From: Candidatus Pacebacteria bacterium CG_4_9_14_0_2_um_filter_40_15
GTDB lineage: Bacteria; Patescibacteriota; Microgenomatia; UBA1400; PJMF01
Length of the DNA: 64,000 bases
Reading direction: 5' to 3'
Assembly (NCBI GenBank): GCA_002788675.1
Contig: PFRS01000008.1
Span: 70,848 to 134,847, forward strand
Shown piece after piece: positions 49,833 to 59,622 of the stretch (position 1 is the first letter of the stretch; each line of letters starts with the position of its first letter). The notes beneath the pieces are model-generated. The model worked only from the letters and a program-made list of their open reading frames with translations, was not told where the DNA came from and made no database searches. The translations under genes and the position numbers were made by a program.

Positions 49833-50869
49833 AAGTAGTTCACCTTGCTCAGTTATATTGGCCGCATGTTGGAGGCATAGAAAAACATATTGAGTTGCTC
49901 GCATCGGCACTTAAAAAAAAGAACTGTGAAACGGTTGTAGTAACCAAAAAATATGACGTATCTTTGCCATCATTCGAGCGTAAGGGCAGTACCACTATTC
50001 ATCGTTTTGATGTGAGTGAATCATCTCCATTTCAGCATAAACTTTCGGTTTGGAAAGGTATTTGGAACTCTAGAAATGTTCTTTTTCAGGCAGACGTTAT
50101 TCACGTGCATGATGTTTTCTGGTGGTTATTACCTCTCTTACCATTCTTACTACTTAAAAATAAAAAAGTATTTATGACATTTCATGGCTATGAGGGCAGC
50201 GAAGCTCCACAGTGGAAGCAAAAGTTTTGGCACAAGTCTGCTGAAGCATGGAGCAACGGTAACTTGTGTATTGGTGGTTTTCATACCAAGTATTATGGTA
50301 TACAGCCAACCTTGGTATCTTTTGGTGCTGTTGAATCAAAGATAAAACAGAGAGCAAAGTCTGCAACAAAAAGAACTGCTATTTTTATTGGTCGATTACA
50401 ACAAGATACTGGATTTTTAGAGTATGTAGAAGCAATTAAGGTCCTGCGTGATCGAGGTGAAGTTTGGCAGTTGGATGTATACGGAGAGGGTTCACAGCTG
50501 ACACAGGCTCAAGCATTTTGTGAAGAGAACGCACTTACTAAGCAAGTACATTTTCATGGCTTTGTGGCAAATGCAGATAGATTCTTGCCTAAATACTCGG
50601 TAGCGTTTGTTTCACGCTATCTGGCTCTTTTAGAAGCACTTTCAGCTGGTGTTCCTGTCGTAGCCCAGTATACTAATAATATTAAGAAAGATTATTTAGT
50701 GTTGGATTCACCTTTTGCAGAGTGGATTTCAGTTGCACGAACTCCTAAACAGATTGCTGATTGTGTTCAAGAAAAAAGAAAAGGAATGAGTAAGGCACAA
50801 AAATGGGCAGATTCTCAGACTTGGAGCAAAATGGCAGACACGTATCTTACACTCTGGACACAAAGCTAG
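49829..50869 (+). CDS. Glycosyltransferase family 4
   Basis: N-terminus MKVVHLAQLYWPHVGGIEKHI, and a C-terminal GT-B Rossmann region with the EX7E-like motif LALLEALSAGVPVV. Confidence 0.7.
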   Translation: MKVVHLAQLYWPHVGGIEKHIELLASALKKKNCETVVVTKKYDVSLPSFERKGSTTIHRFDVSESSPFQHKLSVWKGIWNSRNVLFQADVIHVHDVFWWLLPLLPFLLLKNKKVFMTFHGYEGSEAPQWKQKFWHKSAEAWSNGNLCIGGFHTKYYGIQPTLVSFGAVESKIKQRAKSATKRTAIFIGRLQQDTGFLEYVEAIKVLRDRGEVWQLDVYGEGSQLTQAQAFCEENALTKQVHFHGFVANADRFLPKYSVAFVSRYLALLEALSAGVPVVAQYTNNIKKDYLVLDSPFAEWISVARTPKQIADCVQEKRKGMSKAQKWADSQTWSKMADTYLTLWTQS

Positions 50870-50870
50870 T

Positions 50871-52511
50871 ATGAAAGCATCAAAAAAAACAATAAAATTA
50901 AATCTTGGGTGCGGCATGGATCATCGTAATGGGTATATAAATATTGATGCTGTTTCAGCTGTGAATCCAGATTTAGTACACGATATTTCAAAAACACTGC
51001 CGTACAAAGACGGAACTGTTCAAGAAGTTATTGCTCAGGATATTCTTGAACACTTTATCTTCGATGATTTTATTTTTGTTATAAGTGAAATCGCTCGAGT
51101 GCTTAAAGATGGTGGCACGTTACACGTGCGTACTCCAAATGTTGATGCCATACTGCATCAGTTTGAAGATGACAAAGAAGTGCGCAATATATTTCTCTAT
51201 GGTAGTACGGCACACAGAACTGATACTGGTGTTTTTGGAGCACATAAAATTGGTTTTACACGAACACGGCTCATTGCTGAGTTACTAGTGTATGGCTTAG
51301 AAGTTACTTCTATTGGAACCAATGAAACCAACTTTGAAGCTTCATTTGTAAAATCAACGCCTCTCAAAGCAGAAAGTATTTTATTTTTAAATCAAGCGTT
51401 AAGTATTGGAGGTGCTGAAGTTTTTGATACAGATCTTTTTTCTTCACTAAAGCAACAAGGTGTCCGAGTAGCCGCTTATACAAACAACACTATCTTTGCA
51501 CATATGTTGCATTTTAGTGAAATTTCTACACTTTCAGTTCCTTGGGTCGTAGATTTTATTGGAAATGTAAAAGGTTTAATAAAAGCTCTAGTATATGGAC
51601 CACTGTTATTTTTTTGGTATGGGAAAACGGTGTATGCTCATCGGTCAGTGGATGTGATGGTGGTATCAGGTTTCACTGAGAAGATACTTGCATCCTTTTG
51701 GGCATATGTTTTTGACATACCAATGGTTTGGATTGAGTTTGGGCCACTCACAACAGTACTAAATAAATGTATGCAGTTGCCTAAATTATTGTATAGATTG
51801 GTTGCCGACCTTCCTGAAAGAGTGATTGTGCCATCGCAAAACACCGCCGCCGATTTGTTAAGGAGTGCACGAATTTCATTAGCAAAAATTGAGTACATAC
51901 CTTGTGGAACAAGTCAACAAAGTAGTAAGAAATTTTCTGATGTGGCGCAACCAGTGATAGTCTGTCCCTCTCGACTTGAAAAGGGAAAAGGTCAGGATAT
52001 TTTGCTTGAAGCATTTGCTCAGGTCTTGAAAGATATTCCAAAGGCTCATTTGCAAATTATTGGTGTCGGAGACTTTATTACTGAACTCGAAGCATTAGTA
52101 ACTAAGTTGGGGATACAAAAATCAGTTAGTTTTTTGGGTAGAGTTCGCGACGTTGATGAATACCTGCAAAAGGCACAGCTTGTTGTTTTTCCTTCAGTTT
52201 GGGAGTTAGAAGGATTTGGATTGGTTACCATTGAAGCTATGGCTTTGGCAAAGCCGGTAGTGGCATTTAATAGAGGTCCAACAAATGAGATTGTTGTAGA
52301 TGGCGAGACCGGAGTGTTAGCAGAGCCCGGTGATTCTGGGGCTCTTGCTGAAGCGATAGTAAAGGTAATGCACTCTTCGAAACTTCGTATGAAATTAGGA
52401 ACTGGTGGCTTAAAACGATTTAATGATCTCTACCGTATTGATTTGGTTGCAGAGCAGTACCAGCTAGCTTTTAGGCGTGCTATTGCTTGGCATAGGGCAG
52501 GAAAAAAGTAA
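50871..52511 (+). CDS. Fusion protein: N-terminal SAM-methyltransferase-like domain plus C-terminal GT4 glycosyltransferase
   Basis: N-terminus KLNLGCGMDHRNGYINID...DILEH (Methyltransf_11/23-like). C-terminus EGFGLVTIEAMALAKPVVAFNRGPTNEIVVDGETG (GT4 EX7E motif). Confidence 0.6.
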   Translation: MKASKKTIKLNLGCGMDHRNGYINIDAVSAVNPDLVHDISKTLPYKDGTVQEVIAQDILEHFIFDDFIFVISEIARVLKDGGTLHVRTPNVDAILHQFEDDKEVRNIFLYGSTAHRTDTGVFGAHKIGFTRTRLIAELLVYGLEVTSIGTNETNFEASFVKSTPLKAESILFLNQALSIGGAEVFDTDLFSSLKQQGVRVAAYTNNTIFAHMLHFSEISTLSVPWVVDFIGNVKGLIKALVYGPLLFFWYGKTVYAHRSVDVMVVSGFTEKILASFWAYVFDIPMVWIEFGPLTTVLNKCMQLPKLLYRLVADLPERVIVPSQNTAADLLRSARISLAKIEYIPCGTSQQSSKKFSDVAQPVIVCPSRLEKGKGQDILLEAFAQVLKDIPKAHLQIIGVGDFITELEALVTKLGIQKSVSFLGRVRDVDEYLQKAQLVVFPSVWELEGFGLVTIEAMALAKPVVAFNRGPTNEIVVDGETGVLAEPGDSGALAEAIVKVMHSSKLRMKLGTGGLKRFNDLYRIDLVAEQYQLAFRRAIAWHRAGKK

Positions 52512-52515
52512 CTGT

Positions 52516-53412
52516 ATGCCAAACGTTTCACTTATTTGCACTGTTTTAAATGAAGAAAATTCTATATTTTCATTACTACAGAGTATGAGTGATCAAACTC
52601 GTATTCCCAATGAAGTGCTTTTTGTTGATGGCGGTTCAACCGACAAGACTGTTTCAAAACTAAAGAAAGCAAAAAAACAGTTTCCACAGTTGAATATAAA
52701 AATAATTGTTCAAAAATCTAATCGCAGTGAAGGTAGAAATATCGCAATCAAAAACGCCAAGTATGAAAGTATCGCAATTACCGATGCGGGTTGCACACTT
52801 GATCCTCAGTGGCTGTATGAGCTGGTTAAAAAACAATTGCAAACAGGAGCAGATGTAATAGCTGGATATTATCGTGCTGAACCGAAGACCCCATTTGAAG
52901 AAGCTGTAATCCCGTACACACTGGTAATGCCAGACAGAGTAGACCCTCTTAATTTTCTACCAGCAACACGCTCAATGCTTATTTCAAAAAAGGCATTTAA
53001 AAAAGCTGGAGGTTTTAATTCGAATTTAAATGTAAGTGAAGATTACGAGTTTGCTCATCGATTAAAAGCTGGTGCGTTTTCAATAGTGTTTGCTCATGAA
53101 GCCACGGTTGTTTGGTATCCAAGGAAAACCGTGAGCTCATTTTTTACTATGGTTGCCAGTATGGCAGCTGGAGACGCAAAAGCCAATGTGATTCGTCCAA
53201 AAGTGTATTTAGTGTTCATGCGATATTTTGTTTTCACCTCGTTATACTTTGTGAATTTTTCTTTGTTGATAGTTCTGCTTTTGATCTATACTTTTTGGGC
53301 GATCTATAAAAACCACACTTATGTGTCTGTCCGCGCGTTACCATGGTTAGGTGTACTTCAGTACGTAGCAGATGTTGGTGTAGTTCTGGGTACCTTAGGA
53401 ATTATCAAATAG
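52516..53412 (+). CDS. Glycosyltransferase family 2 with C-terminal TM helices
   Basis: VSLICTVLNEE...FVDGGSTDKT...ITDAGC (DxD region). The start was placed at the ATG at 52516, after the previous stop. Confidence 0.75.
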   Translation: MPNVSLICTVLNEENSIFSLLQSMSDQTRIPNEVLFVDGGSTDKTVSKLKKAKKQFPQLNIKIIVQKSNRSEGRNIAIKNAKYESIAITDAGCTLDPQWLYELVKKQLQTGADVIAGYYRAEPKTPFEEAVIPYTLVMPDRVDPLNFLPATRSMLISKKAFKKAGGFNSNLNVSEDYEFAHRLKAGAFSIVFAHEATVVWYPRKTVSSFFTMVASMAAGDAKANVIRPKVYLVFMRYFVFTSLYFVNFSLLIVLLLIYTFWAIYKNHTYVSVRALPWLGVLQYVADVGVVLGTLGIIK

Positions 53413-53419
53413 TGGTTGT

Positions 53420-53722
53420 ATGCAAAAGACGTTTACTTTTTCTGAGCAAATTTTCATATATCCTGGAAAAGCTGCCTGGCATTTTGTGACTGTACCAACA
53501 AAAATAGCTTCGGAAATTGATTATTATTTTGAACACGCAAAACGCGGTTGGGGGTCTTTAAGGGTTTCTGTATTAGTTGGTAGAACTACCTGGGAGACGT
53601 CAATCTTTCCTAATAAAAAAACGAAAACATATCTATTGCCGCTTAAAGCAGCAGTGCGTACTACAGAAAATCTTGTAGCAGGTGAGAACTGTACTATTGC
53701 ACTCACTCTTGCAGACAATTAA
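53420..53722 (+). CDS. DUF1905 domain protein
   Basis: The pattern WHFVTVP...GWGSLRVSVLVGRTTWETSIFP...LPLKAAVR is characteristic of DUF1905. Confidence 0.55.
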   Translation: MQKTFTFSEQIFIYPGKAAWHFVTVPTKIASEIDYYFEHAKRGWGSLRVSVLVGRTTWETSIFPNKKTKTYLLPLKAAVRTTENLVAGENCTIALTLADN

Positions 53723-53725
53723 TAC

Positions 53726-54475
53726 TTATTCTTTTGGTGGAAATGGGAAGAAGACGCTGGTTTTCTTTTTGTATACCTCAAAGTCAGCTCTTCCTGAATA
53801 TTTTTTTTCCAGAAGTGGCACTCCAGAAACAAAAAGAATAAAAAAGGTAATCGTTAGCGGACCAATGATTGTTTGCCAACCCATTGGCATTGAGAGTGCC
53901 AGAATATATATTCCCCACCACATGGTGACCTCACCAAAATAATTAGGGTGTCGTGAGTATGCCCAAAGTCCTGACTTCATAATTTTTCCTTTGTTTTTTG
54001 GATTTGATATAAACTTTTTTAGTTGTGCATCGCCTACAACTTCAAAATAAAAGCCAATGAGCCAAATAGTCAGACCGGCAACATCACGTGCTGAAAATGA
54101 AACGCTTGGATTAAGTGTCACAAACCATACAGGATAGGAAACAACAGCTATCAAAAAAGTTTGCAGGACATAGACTTGAAGGAAGGATCGTGGAATAACC
54201 CACTTGCCCCAGTCTCTTCGCCATGCTGCATATCGCCTATCTTCTGGGCCATTTTTAATGCGAGTAAAAATATGCCAGCTGAGTCGTGCACCCCAAATAG
54301 TTACGAGTACTACTATGAGAAGAGCTCGAAGAGAGGTGTTTTGTCCAAGCAGTAGGCTTGAGACAGCAACGAGAATAAAGCCAATTCCCCATGCAAGGTC
54401 AGCAACATCATTTCTTTTGTAGATTACAGAAATAAAAAACCAAACTAAGATATGTAAAATCAGAATGGCAATCAT
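53726..54475 (-). CDS. DUF1295 / steroid 5-alpha-reductase-like membrane methyltransferase-fold protein
   Basis: A polytopic membrane protein with the GLWAYSRHPNYFGEV motif of ICMT/DUF1295 proteins. Confidence 0.55.
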   Translation of the reverse strand: MIAILILHILVWFFISVIYKRNDVADLAWGIGFILVAVSSLLLGQNTSLRALLIVVLVTIWGARLSWHIFTRIKNGPEDRRYAAWRRDWGKWVIPRSFLQVYVLQTFLIAVVSYPVWFVTLNPSVSFSARDVAGLTIWLIGFYFEVVGDAQLKKFISNPKNKGKIMKSGLWAYSRHPNYFGEVTMWWGIYILALSMPMGWQTIIGPLTITFFILFVSGVPLLEKKYSGRADFEVYKKKTSVFFPFPPKE

Positions 54476-54485
54476 TTTTAGTCTC

Positions 54486-54953
54486 CTATGTTTGTTTTGA
54501 CATGAACTCTAAAACTTCTTGGTCATGATTTTTAGGACTTACTTTCTCCCAAGTTTTTATGATGGTCCCTTTAGGATCAATGATAAAGGTAGATCGAATA
54601 ATTCCCATATAGATTTTGCCAAACATTTTTTTCTCACCCCATGCACCAAAGGCAGAAAGTAGTTTGTGGTCGGGATCTGACCATAAAGGAAAGGTGAGAT
54701 TATGCTGTTCTTTGAACTTTTTATGAGATTCAGGTGAGTCTTTACTCACGCCAATTACCATCACACCTAATTTTTTTAGTTCTGAGTTTGCATCACGGAA
54801 ATTACAGGCTTCTTGTGTACAGCCTGGGGTATTATCTTTTGGATAGAAATAGAGTACAACGTACTTTCCCAAAAGAGATTTGAGATTAGTTTGTTGACCA
54901 TTTTCATCAGTTACTGAAACTGTGAGTGGGGCGGGAGAACCGGAAGTTAACAT
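54486..54953 (-). CDS. bcp: Thioredoxin-dependent thiol peroxidase (Bcp peroxiredoxin)
   Basis: YFYPKDNTPGCTQEACNFRD. Confidence 0.85.
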   Translation of the reverse strand: MLTSGSPAPLTVSVTDENGQQTNLKSLLGKYVVLYFYPKDNTPGCTQEACNFRDANSELKKLGVMVIGVSKDSPESHKKFKEQHNLTFPLWSDPDHKLLSAFGAWGEKKMFGKIYMGIIRSTFIIDPKGTIIKTWEKVSPKNHDQEVLEFMSKQT

Positions 54954-55047
54954 ACTCTAATTGTATACTATTGGTAGCGGTAATTGTATTTAGGTTGTAA
55001 CAATGGAATAATCTAGTGAAATCGTACTCTATTTGAATAAAGGATAG

Positions 55048-55635
55048 ATGAATTATTTTATTTCAGCGCTAAAAAAATATGCAGTATTTTCAGGAAGAGC
55101 TTCACGTGCTGAATATTGGTATTACACATTGTTCCTTATCATTATAAGTTTTTTCATGGGTATGTTAGATGCCATTATGAATGCTATTGGCGGGGTGCCT
55201 TTTCTAAGTTTAATCTTTGGATTGGGAACCTTTATTCCAAGTATTGCAGTTTCTATTAGAAGACTGCACGATGTTGATAAAAGTGGTTGGAATAATTTGT
55301 TACCATTTATTCCATTATTTGGCTCGTTGATTTTGTTCTACTTTTTCATTAAAAAAGGTGATGAACATGAAAATAAGTATGGGCCGATTCCAACATATTC
55401 TGATGATGACTCAGAGTATGAGGTTGGTGTAGCTCGGACTTCAGCATCACAAGTAGTTTCAACACCTCAAGCAGTGCCACAACCAGTTATACCTGCCGTT
55501 CAGACAGGGTTTCCTGAACCAATGGCTCAGCCTGTAGGAATGCCAGTTCCTCAACAAACACCACCATCTCCTTCTCAACCAGTGGAATCCATTACGGTAC
55601 CAGAAACAACACTACAAACAGAAACGATCCAATGA
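55048..55635 (+). CDS. DUF805 membrane protein with Pro/Gln-rich C-terminal tail
   Basis: GRASRAEYWYY...IRRLHDVDKSGW is a DUF805 signature. Confidence 0.65.
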   Translation: MNYFISALKKYAVFSGRASRAEYWYYTLFLIIISFFMGMLDAIMNAIGGVPFLSLIFGLGTFIPSIAVSIRRLHDVDKSGWNNLLPFIPLFGSLILFYFFIKKGDEHENKYGPIPTYSDDDSEYEVGVARTSASQVVSTPQAVPQPVIPAVQTGFPEPMAQPVGMPVPQQTPPSPSQPVESITVPETTLQTETIQ

Positions 55636-57332
55636 AACAAGGACAGATTCTTTTTAAATATGTAACCCTACTATTGCTGAGTGCCATCTTGATCGTTGCA
55701 ATTGGATTTAGATTTTGGAAGTTAGATCTCTTCCCCTACGGCCTAAACTGGGATGAAGCAGCCTATGGGTATAATGCCTACAGTTTGTTGCAGACGGGTA
55801 AAGATGAATGGGGATTTCAGTATCCACTTTTCTTGAAATCATTTGGAGATTATAAACCTGCCTTACTTAGTTATTTACAAATTCCTTTCATTCAGTTTTT
55901 TGGTTTGGGAATAGTCGCACTTCGGTTGCCAGTGGCTATTTTGAGTGTTTTGAGCATTGGGGGATGGATGAGTATCCAAAGGAAACTAGAACTATTTGAA
56001 TCTAAGAAGTTCGGAAAACTCTTCCAATTGTTTGGAGTGATAGTATTTGCAACTGCTCCTTGGTTAATACACTACAGTAGGGCAGCAATGGATCCAATTG
56101 TTTCTTTTGGTTTTCTGCTTGTTGGATTTGCTCTCTTTATACAAAAGAATCAAGCACCTCGATGGTTTGGTGTTATTTCTTTAGTTCTTTCAATGTATAC
56201 GTATAATTCAGCTCGAATTTTTGTGCCTATGCTGGTCATTATTTACTTTTGTATACTTGAATGGCAAGGTTTTAAAAAAATTCAGAAAGATATTCAGAGA
56301 GTTTTGCAACTCATTGTTATACTTGTGGGCTTTGGATTAGTGGTTACAACTTCATTTTCTTCGACGGCAGGGGCTCGTGCACAGGCAGTATTTATTTTGA
56401 ATAATCCGATTATTAAAGATCAAACAAATGAATCGCTGTATAGGCATGTAGTTTTGGGATTAAATGGGGAGCGAGTATTTTCAAATAAAGCGATTACGAG
56501 CATATATATTCTATCAAAAAATTATTTGTCGCATTTTGATCCAATGTTTATATTTTTTGATAATACCCTCAGCGCTAGGCATGGTTTTAATCGTCATGGA
56601 AATTTGTTGTTAATTACTTTACCTTTTTTACTTTTTGGTTTGTTTAGTGTGGGCAAGAGGTCAAAACAAGATACGTTTTTCTTATTTTGGTTGTTACTGG
56701 CACCAGTTGCATCAGCATTAACAGATGATGTGCCTCATTCTGGAAGAACACTCATTATGTTACCAGCGTTTATATACTTCATAACTAGAGGAGTAGAAAA
56801 AATAATTCATGTTTTAGCAGACACAAAGTGGACTAAATTAGTTCCATCATATTTGTTTGTTTTTTTAATTGCGGTAGCTGTAGCATTTAATACATCACTT
56901 TATTTTGTGGATATGTTTAGATATTTTCCTGAAGAGTCGTATTTGCCATGGCAGGGTGATGCCCGGACTATTGTGGAATATTTAGATACTGCTCAAGTAG
57001 CATCATATGATTCTGTGTATGTTTCTGATCTCATTTTAGAAAATTACTTGTTCTATGCTCTCTACACTCAGCAGGATCCGCTCCATATACAACAGCTGCA
57101 TGTAGATGAAAAAATTGATACATTTGGAAATGTGCAGCTTACTGAAGTACAACAATGTGTGCTAAAAGACGGAGCAGTACTGGCAATTACTGAGGTTGAT
57201 TATTCTGGTTTATACACCGATATACTCTATCCATTTGATCGATTTAATCAAGAAAAACACCTCGCGTACGTCTATGACACAACCAAGATGACTAAAGAAG
57301 CTCGTCTTTTCTTGACTGCTAGCTGTAACTAA
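55632..57332 (+). CDS. GT-C fold glycosyltransferase (ArnT/PMT-like, GT39/GT83 family)
   Basis: About 12 TM helices. The first periplasmic loop has GLNWDEAAYGYNAYSLL (the DE motif). A large C-terminal soluble domain follows. Confidence 0.6.
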   Translation: MKQGQILFKYVTLLLLSAILIVAIGFRFWKLDLFPYGLNWDEAAYGYNAYSLLQTGKDEWGFQYPLFLKSFGDYKPALLSYLQIPFIQFFGLGIVALRLPVAILSVLSIGGWMSIQRKLELFESKKFGKLFQLFGVIVFATAPWLIHYSRAAMDPIVSFGFLLVGFALFIQKNQAPRWFGVISLVLSMYTYNSARIFVPMLVIIYFCILEWQGFKKIQKDIQRVLQLIVILVGFGLVVTTSFSSTAGARAQAVFILNNPIIKDQTNESLYRHVVLGLNGERVFSNKAITSIYILSKNYLSHFDPMFIFFDNTLSARHGFNRHGNLLLITLPFLLFGLFSVGKRSKQDTFFLFWLLLAPVASALTDDVPHSGRTLIMLPAFIYFITRGVEKIIHVLADTKWTKLVPSYLFVFLIAVAVAFNTSLYFVDMFRYFPEESYLPWQGDARTIVEYLDTAQVASYDSVYVSDLILENYLFYALYTQQDPLHIQQLHVDEKIDTFGNVQLTEVQQCVLKDGAVLAITEVDYSGLYTDILYPFDRFNQEKHLAYVYDTTKMTKEARLFLTASCN

Positions 57333-57826
57333 ATTTTCGAAAGAATAAGTTGTGTTCGTTCTAATACATATCTAACAGGCACAAAATTTTCATTAGTGTT
57401 TTTAACTTCACAAGTAAAACTGAGTTTCTTTCTGTCGTCTGATTCATATTCTCCCCCGTATGATCGATATTTCATGCTGTTGTAATGCATGCCATTTGAA
57501 ATTTTCATCTTGTACAGGTTAAAGACTTCTCGGAGGCCTGAGACATGAATAGTCTCGTGGGTCATAGTTATTTCTGAACCTTCTTGGGTGGATGATCGAC
57601 GTAAGTGCATAACACAGGAGAGTCCACCCCCTGATCGCATAATCGATACTTTTAGTTCACGTTTATCAGAGCTTTCAACAATATCAGTTAAGTCATAACT
57701 ATGTGAAACATAGAGGCCATCACGTCTATACTCAACACGCATAACACATTTTGAGACGACAGGATTTGAATAACTATTCCAGATAAATCCTGCTAGAGCT
57801 AGAGCGCACATTGAGTGAGGTTGCAT
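57329..57826 (-). CDS. Hypothetical protein (last gene of unknown six-gene operon)
   Basis: 165-aa ORF with a hydrophobic N-terminus. Confidence 0.4.
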   Translation of the reverse strand: MQPHSMCALALAGFIWNSYSNPVVSKCVMRVEYRRDGLYVSHSYDLTDIVESSDKRELKVSIMRSGGGLSCVMHLRRSSTQEGSEITMTHETIHVSGLREVFNLYKMKISNGMHYNSMKYRSYGGEYESDDRKKLSFTCEVKNTNENFVPVRYVLERTQLILSKI

Positions 57827-57851
57827 GGTGAGTGTATTGTACTACACTTAG

Positions 57852-58082
57852 TTATGCACCAATGAATTTGAGCAGTTCGTAGACGAGAAAACCGGGCCAG
57901 AGAAGAGCTTGTATAATCACTATGACTTTATTCATGAAACCTGGGTCAGAAGTTTGCCAAAAATAAATGAGTGAGCCAAACATCCCAATTGCGTACAGCG
58001 GATTACTGGAATCGCCTTTGCCATGATGGCAACACGTGTCTTTATCCATTTTTTTACAGAGGCTGAATAATTTTTTTAGCAT
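57852..58082 (-). CDS. Small hypothetical membrane protein with CCHH cluster
   Basis: 76 aa: a DTCCHHGKGD segment, then two hydrophobic helices. Confidence 0.35.
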   Translation of the reverse strand: MLKKLFSLCKKMDKDTCCHHGKGDSSNPLYAIGMFGSLIYFWQTSDPGFMNKVIVIIQALLWPGFLVYELLKFIGA

Positions 58083-58139
58083 AAGTATAGTGTATGAGAA
58101 GGAGTGAGAAAAGTAAATACTTGTGGGGTTATACGATAA

Positions 58140-58370
58140 CTAATTTATCTTAGTTCTGAAGTCATTTGGGTCGTAGATACAGTTCCACTGCATTGCAGGA
58201 AAAATTACTTCTCCACCAGTATATTTGCAGTATCGATCTCGGGTTGAAGGAGATGTTTTTAAAAAGTTGTTTGTTAGGAGGCCAATGGCTGCAGTAACAA
58301 AAATAATGCTGGAAATGACGAGAATAATTTTCTTTATATTAATTTTTTGTGTCATGATATTAGTATTCAT
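58140..58370 (-). CDS. Small hypothetical membrane-anchored protein
   Basis: 76 aa: an N-terminal TM helix, then a Cys-containing tail. Confidence 0.35.
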   Translation of the reverse strand: MNTNIMTQKINIKKIILVISSIIFVTAAIGLLTNNFLKTSPSTRDRYCKYTGGEVIFPAMQWNCIYDPNDFRTKIN

Positions 58371-58383
58371 GCTTCAACAAAGA

Positions 58384-58722
58384 TTATTTTGATGTTTTCA
58401 TTTTTTCTAGAAATTTTTTTAGAAGTTGCTCATATGTTGCTTCATATTCATCCATAACGTTTATTCCATCAGAAGAGAATAATGTATTTATTTCTTCAAC
58501 TGCCTTGTCGTACTCATCAATTGATGCACATGTTTTTAATGACTCAACGAGTTGCATTCCCTTGTCTTTATCTTCCTGAGAAAGCGCAGAAAAGTTTTTG
58601 CCTGTCCTTTTAGTTGCGGTCATAAATGCTGAACTTTGAAAAAAGCTCAACATCATTTCGACATGTATTGATTTGATGCCTTTTGATTGAGTAATTTGCT
58701 GTATTTCTTCTTGTAGTGTCAT
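58384..58722 (-). CDS. Hypothetical acidic soluble protein
   Basis: 112-aa ORF, tightly spaced in the operon. Confidence 0.4.
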   Translation of the reverse strand: MTLQEEIQQITQSKGIKSIHVEMMLSFFQSSAFMTATKRTGKNFSALSQEDKDKGMQLVESLKTCASIDEYDKAVEEINTLFSSDGINVMDEYEATYEQLLKKFLEKMKTSK

Positions 58723-58734
58723 ATTTACCTCGAA

Positions 58735-59364
58735 TTAGTTAATCAAGTTCTCAAGTAGCTGCATTAAATGATGCAGAGTTGCTTCAGCACCTTGAAATGC
58801 AGTAACTACAGTATAGGTAAGTTTTTGCATAGAGTTTATTGCCTGTCCACCCGTTGCAACTGGATTGTCAAAAAATTTCTGTATCTGAGTAAATGCAGCG
58901 AATCCCCCTATTGAAAAGATTACTCCCCAAGCCAGAGTTCTTTTACCGCTAGCTGTTTCTCTGGATTGTGTAATATGTTTTGCATTGGTAAGTCCAATGA
59001 CACTAGAAAATAATAAAAAGAGTATGATACCAAGTCCAACAAATACGATTGGGTCTGCATCAGCCATGCGTTGTAGATCATTGATAATATCAGCTGAGCC
59101 GGTGGCTACTTTTTGAATATCTGTTCCATTGGCAAGTGCTCCGAGTAGCCCAATACCTATGCTTGCCATTTTTTGGTGTTCCTCTGGTAAGGTGTGTAGT
59201 CCAGTCTGAAACATTTCCATTGTTTCAGGAGAAAATTCTCCAGTTTCTGGTGGGAGCAGAGTTGCGAGTTCTTCAAAAGAGGAATGAGATTCTTGATCTA
59301 GGGCTGGTGAGTGTGCTTCAATCATAAGTAGTCTCATTCTAGTATATTCTCCCAAATAATACAT
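58735..59364 (-). CDS. Hypothetical membrane protein
   Basis: 209 aa: an acidic N-terminus, then 2-3 TM helices. Confidence 0.4.
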   Translation of the reverse strand: MYYLGEYTRMRLLMIEAHSPALDQESHSSFEELATLLPPETGEFSPETMEMFQTGLHTLPEEHQKMASIGIGLLGALANGTDIQKVATGSADIINDLQRMADADPIVFVGLGIILFLLFSSVIGLTNAKHITQSRETASGKRTLAWGVIFSIGGFAAFTQIQKFFDNPVATGGQAINSMQKLTYTVVTAFQGAEATLHHLMQLLENLIN

Positions 59365-59423
59365 GATAAACTTGTTTTTTTGTTATGCAAATTGCCGCAG
59401 TATGTTTATACTAGGAGGAGTAT

Positions 59424-59612
59424 ATGCAAGAATCTGAAGTCGTAAAAATCAAAGAGCCTGAAACAACTTTCTGCTTGGATGTACCTCAATTTATTTCTGA
59501 GCTGCCAAAGATAGATCCACAAGATGCTTGCAATTTAGCAAGAGAACTTGCGTTGCCATTGGTAACTGGTACAGATGAAGAAACTGATACTCATATTGGT
59601 CTTCTTTTTTGA
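59424..59612 (+). CDS. Small acidic hypothetical protein (62 aa)
   Basis: A strong SD (aggagg) sits 6 nt upstream of the ATG. The gene lies between two minus-strand genes. Confidence 0.4.
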   Translation: MQESEVVKIKEPETTFCLDVPQFISELPKIDPQDACNLARELALPLVTGTDEETDTHIGLLF

Positions 59613-59622
59613 TGGTCATAAG

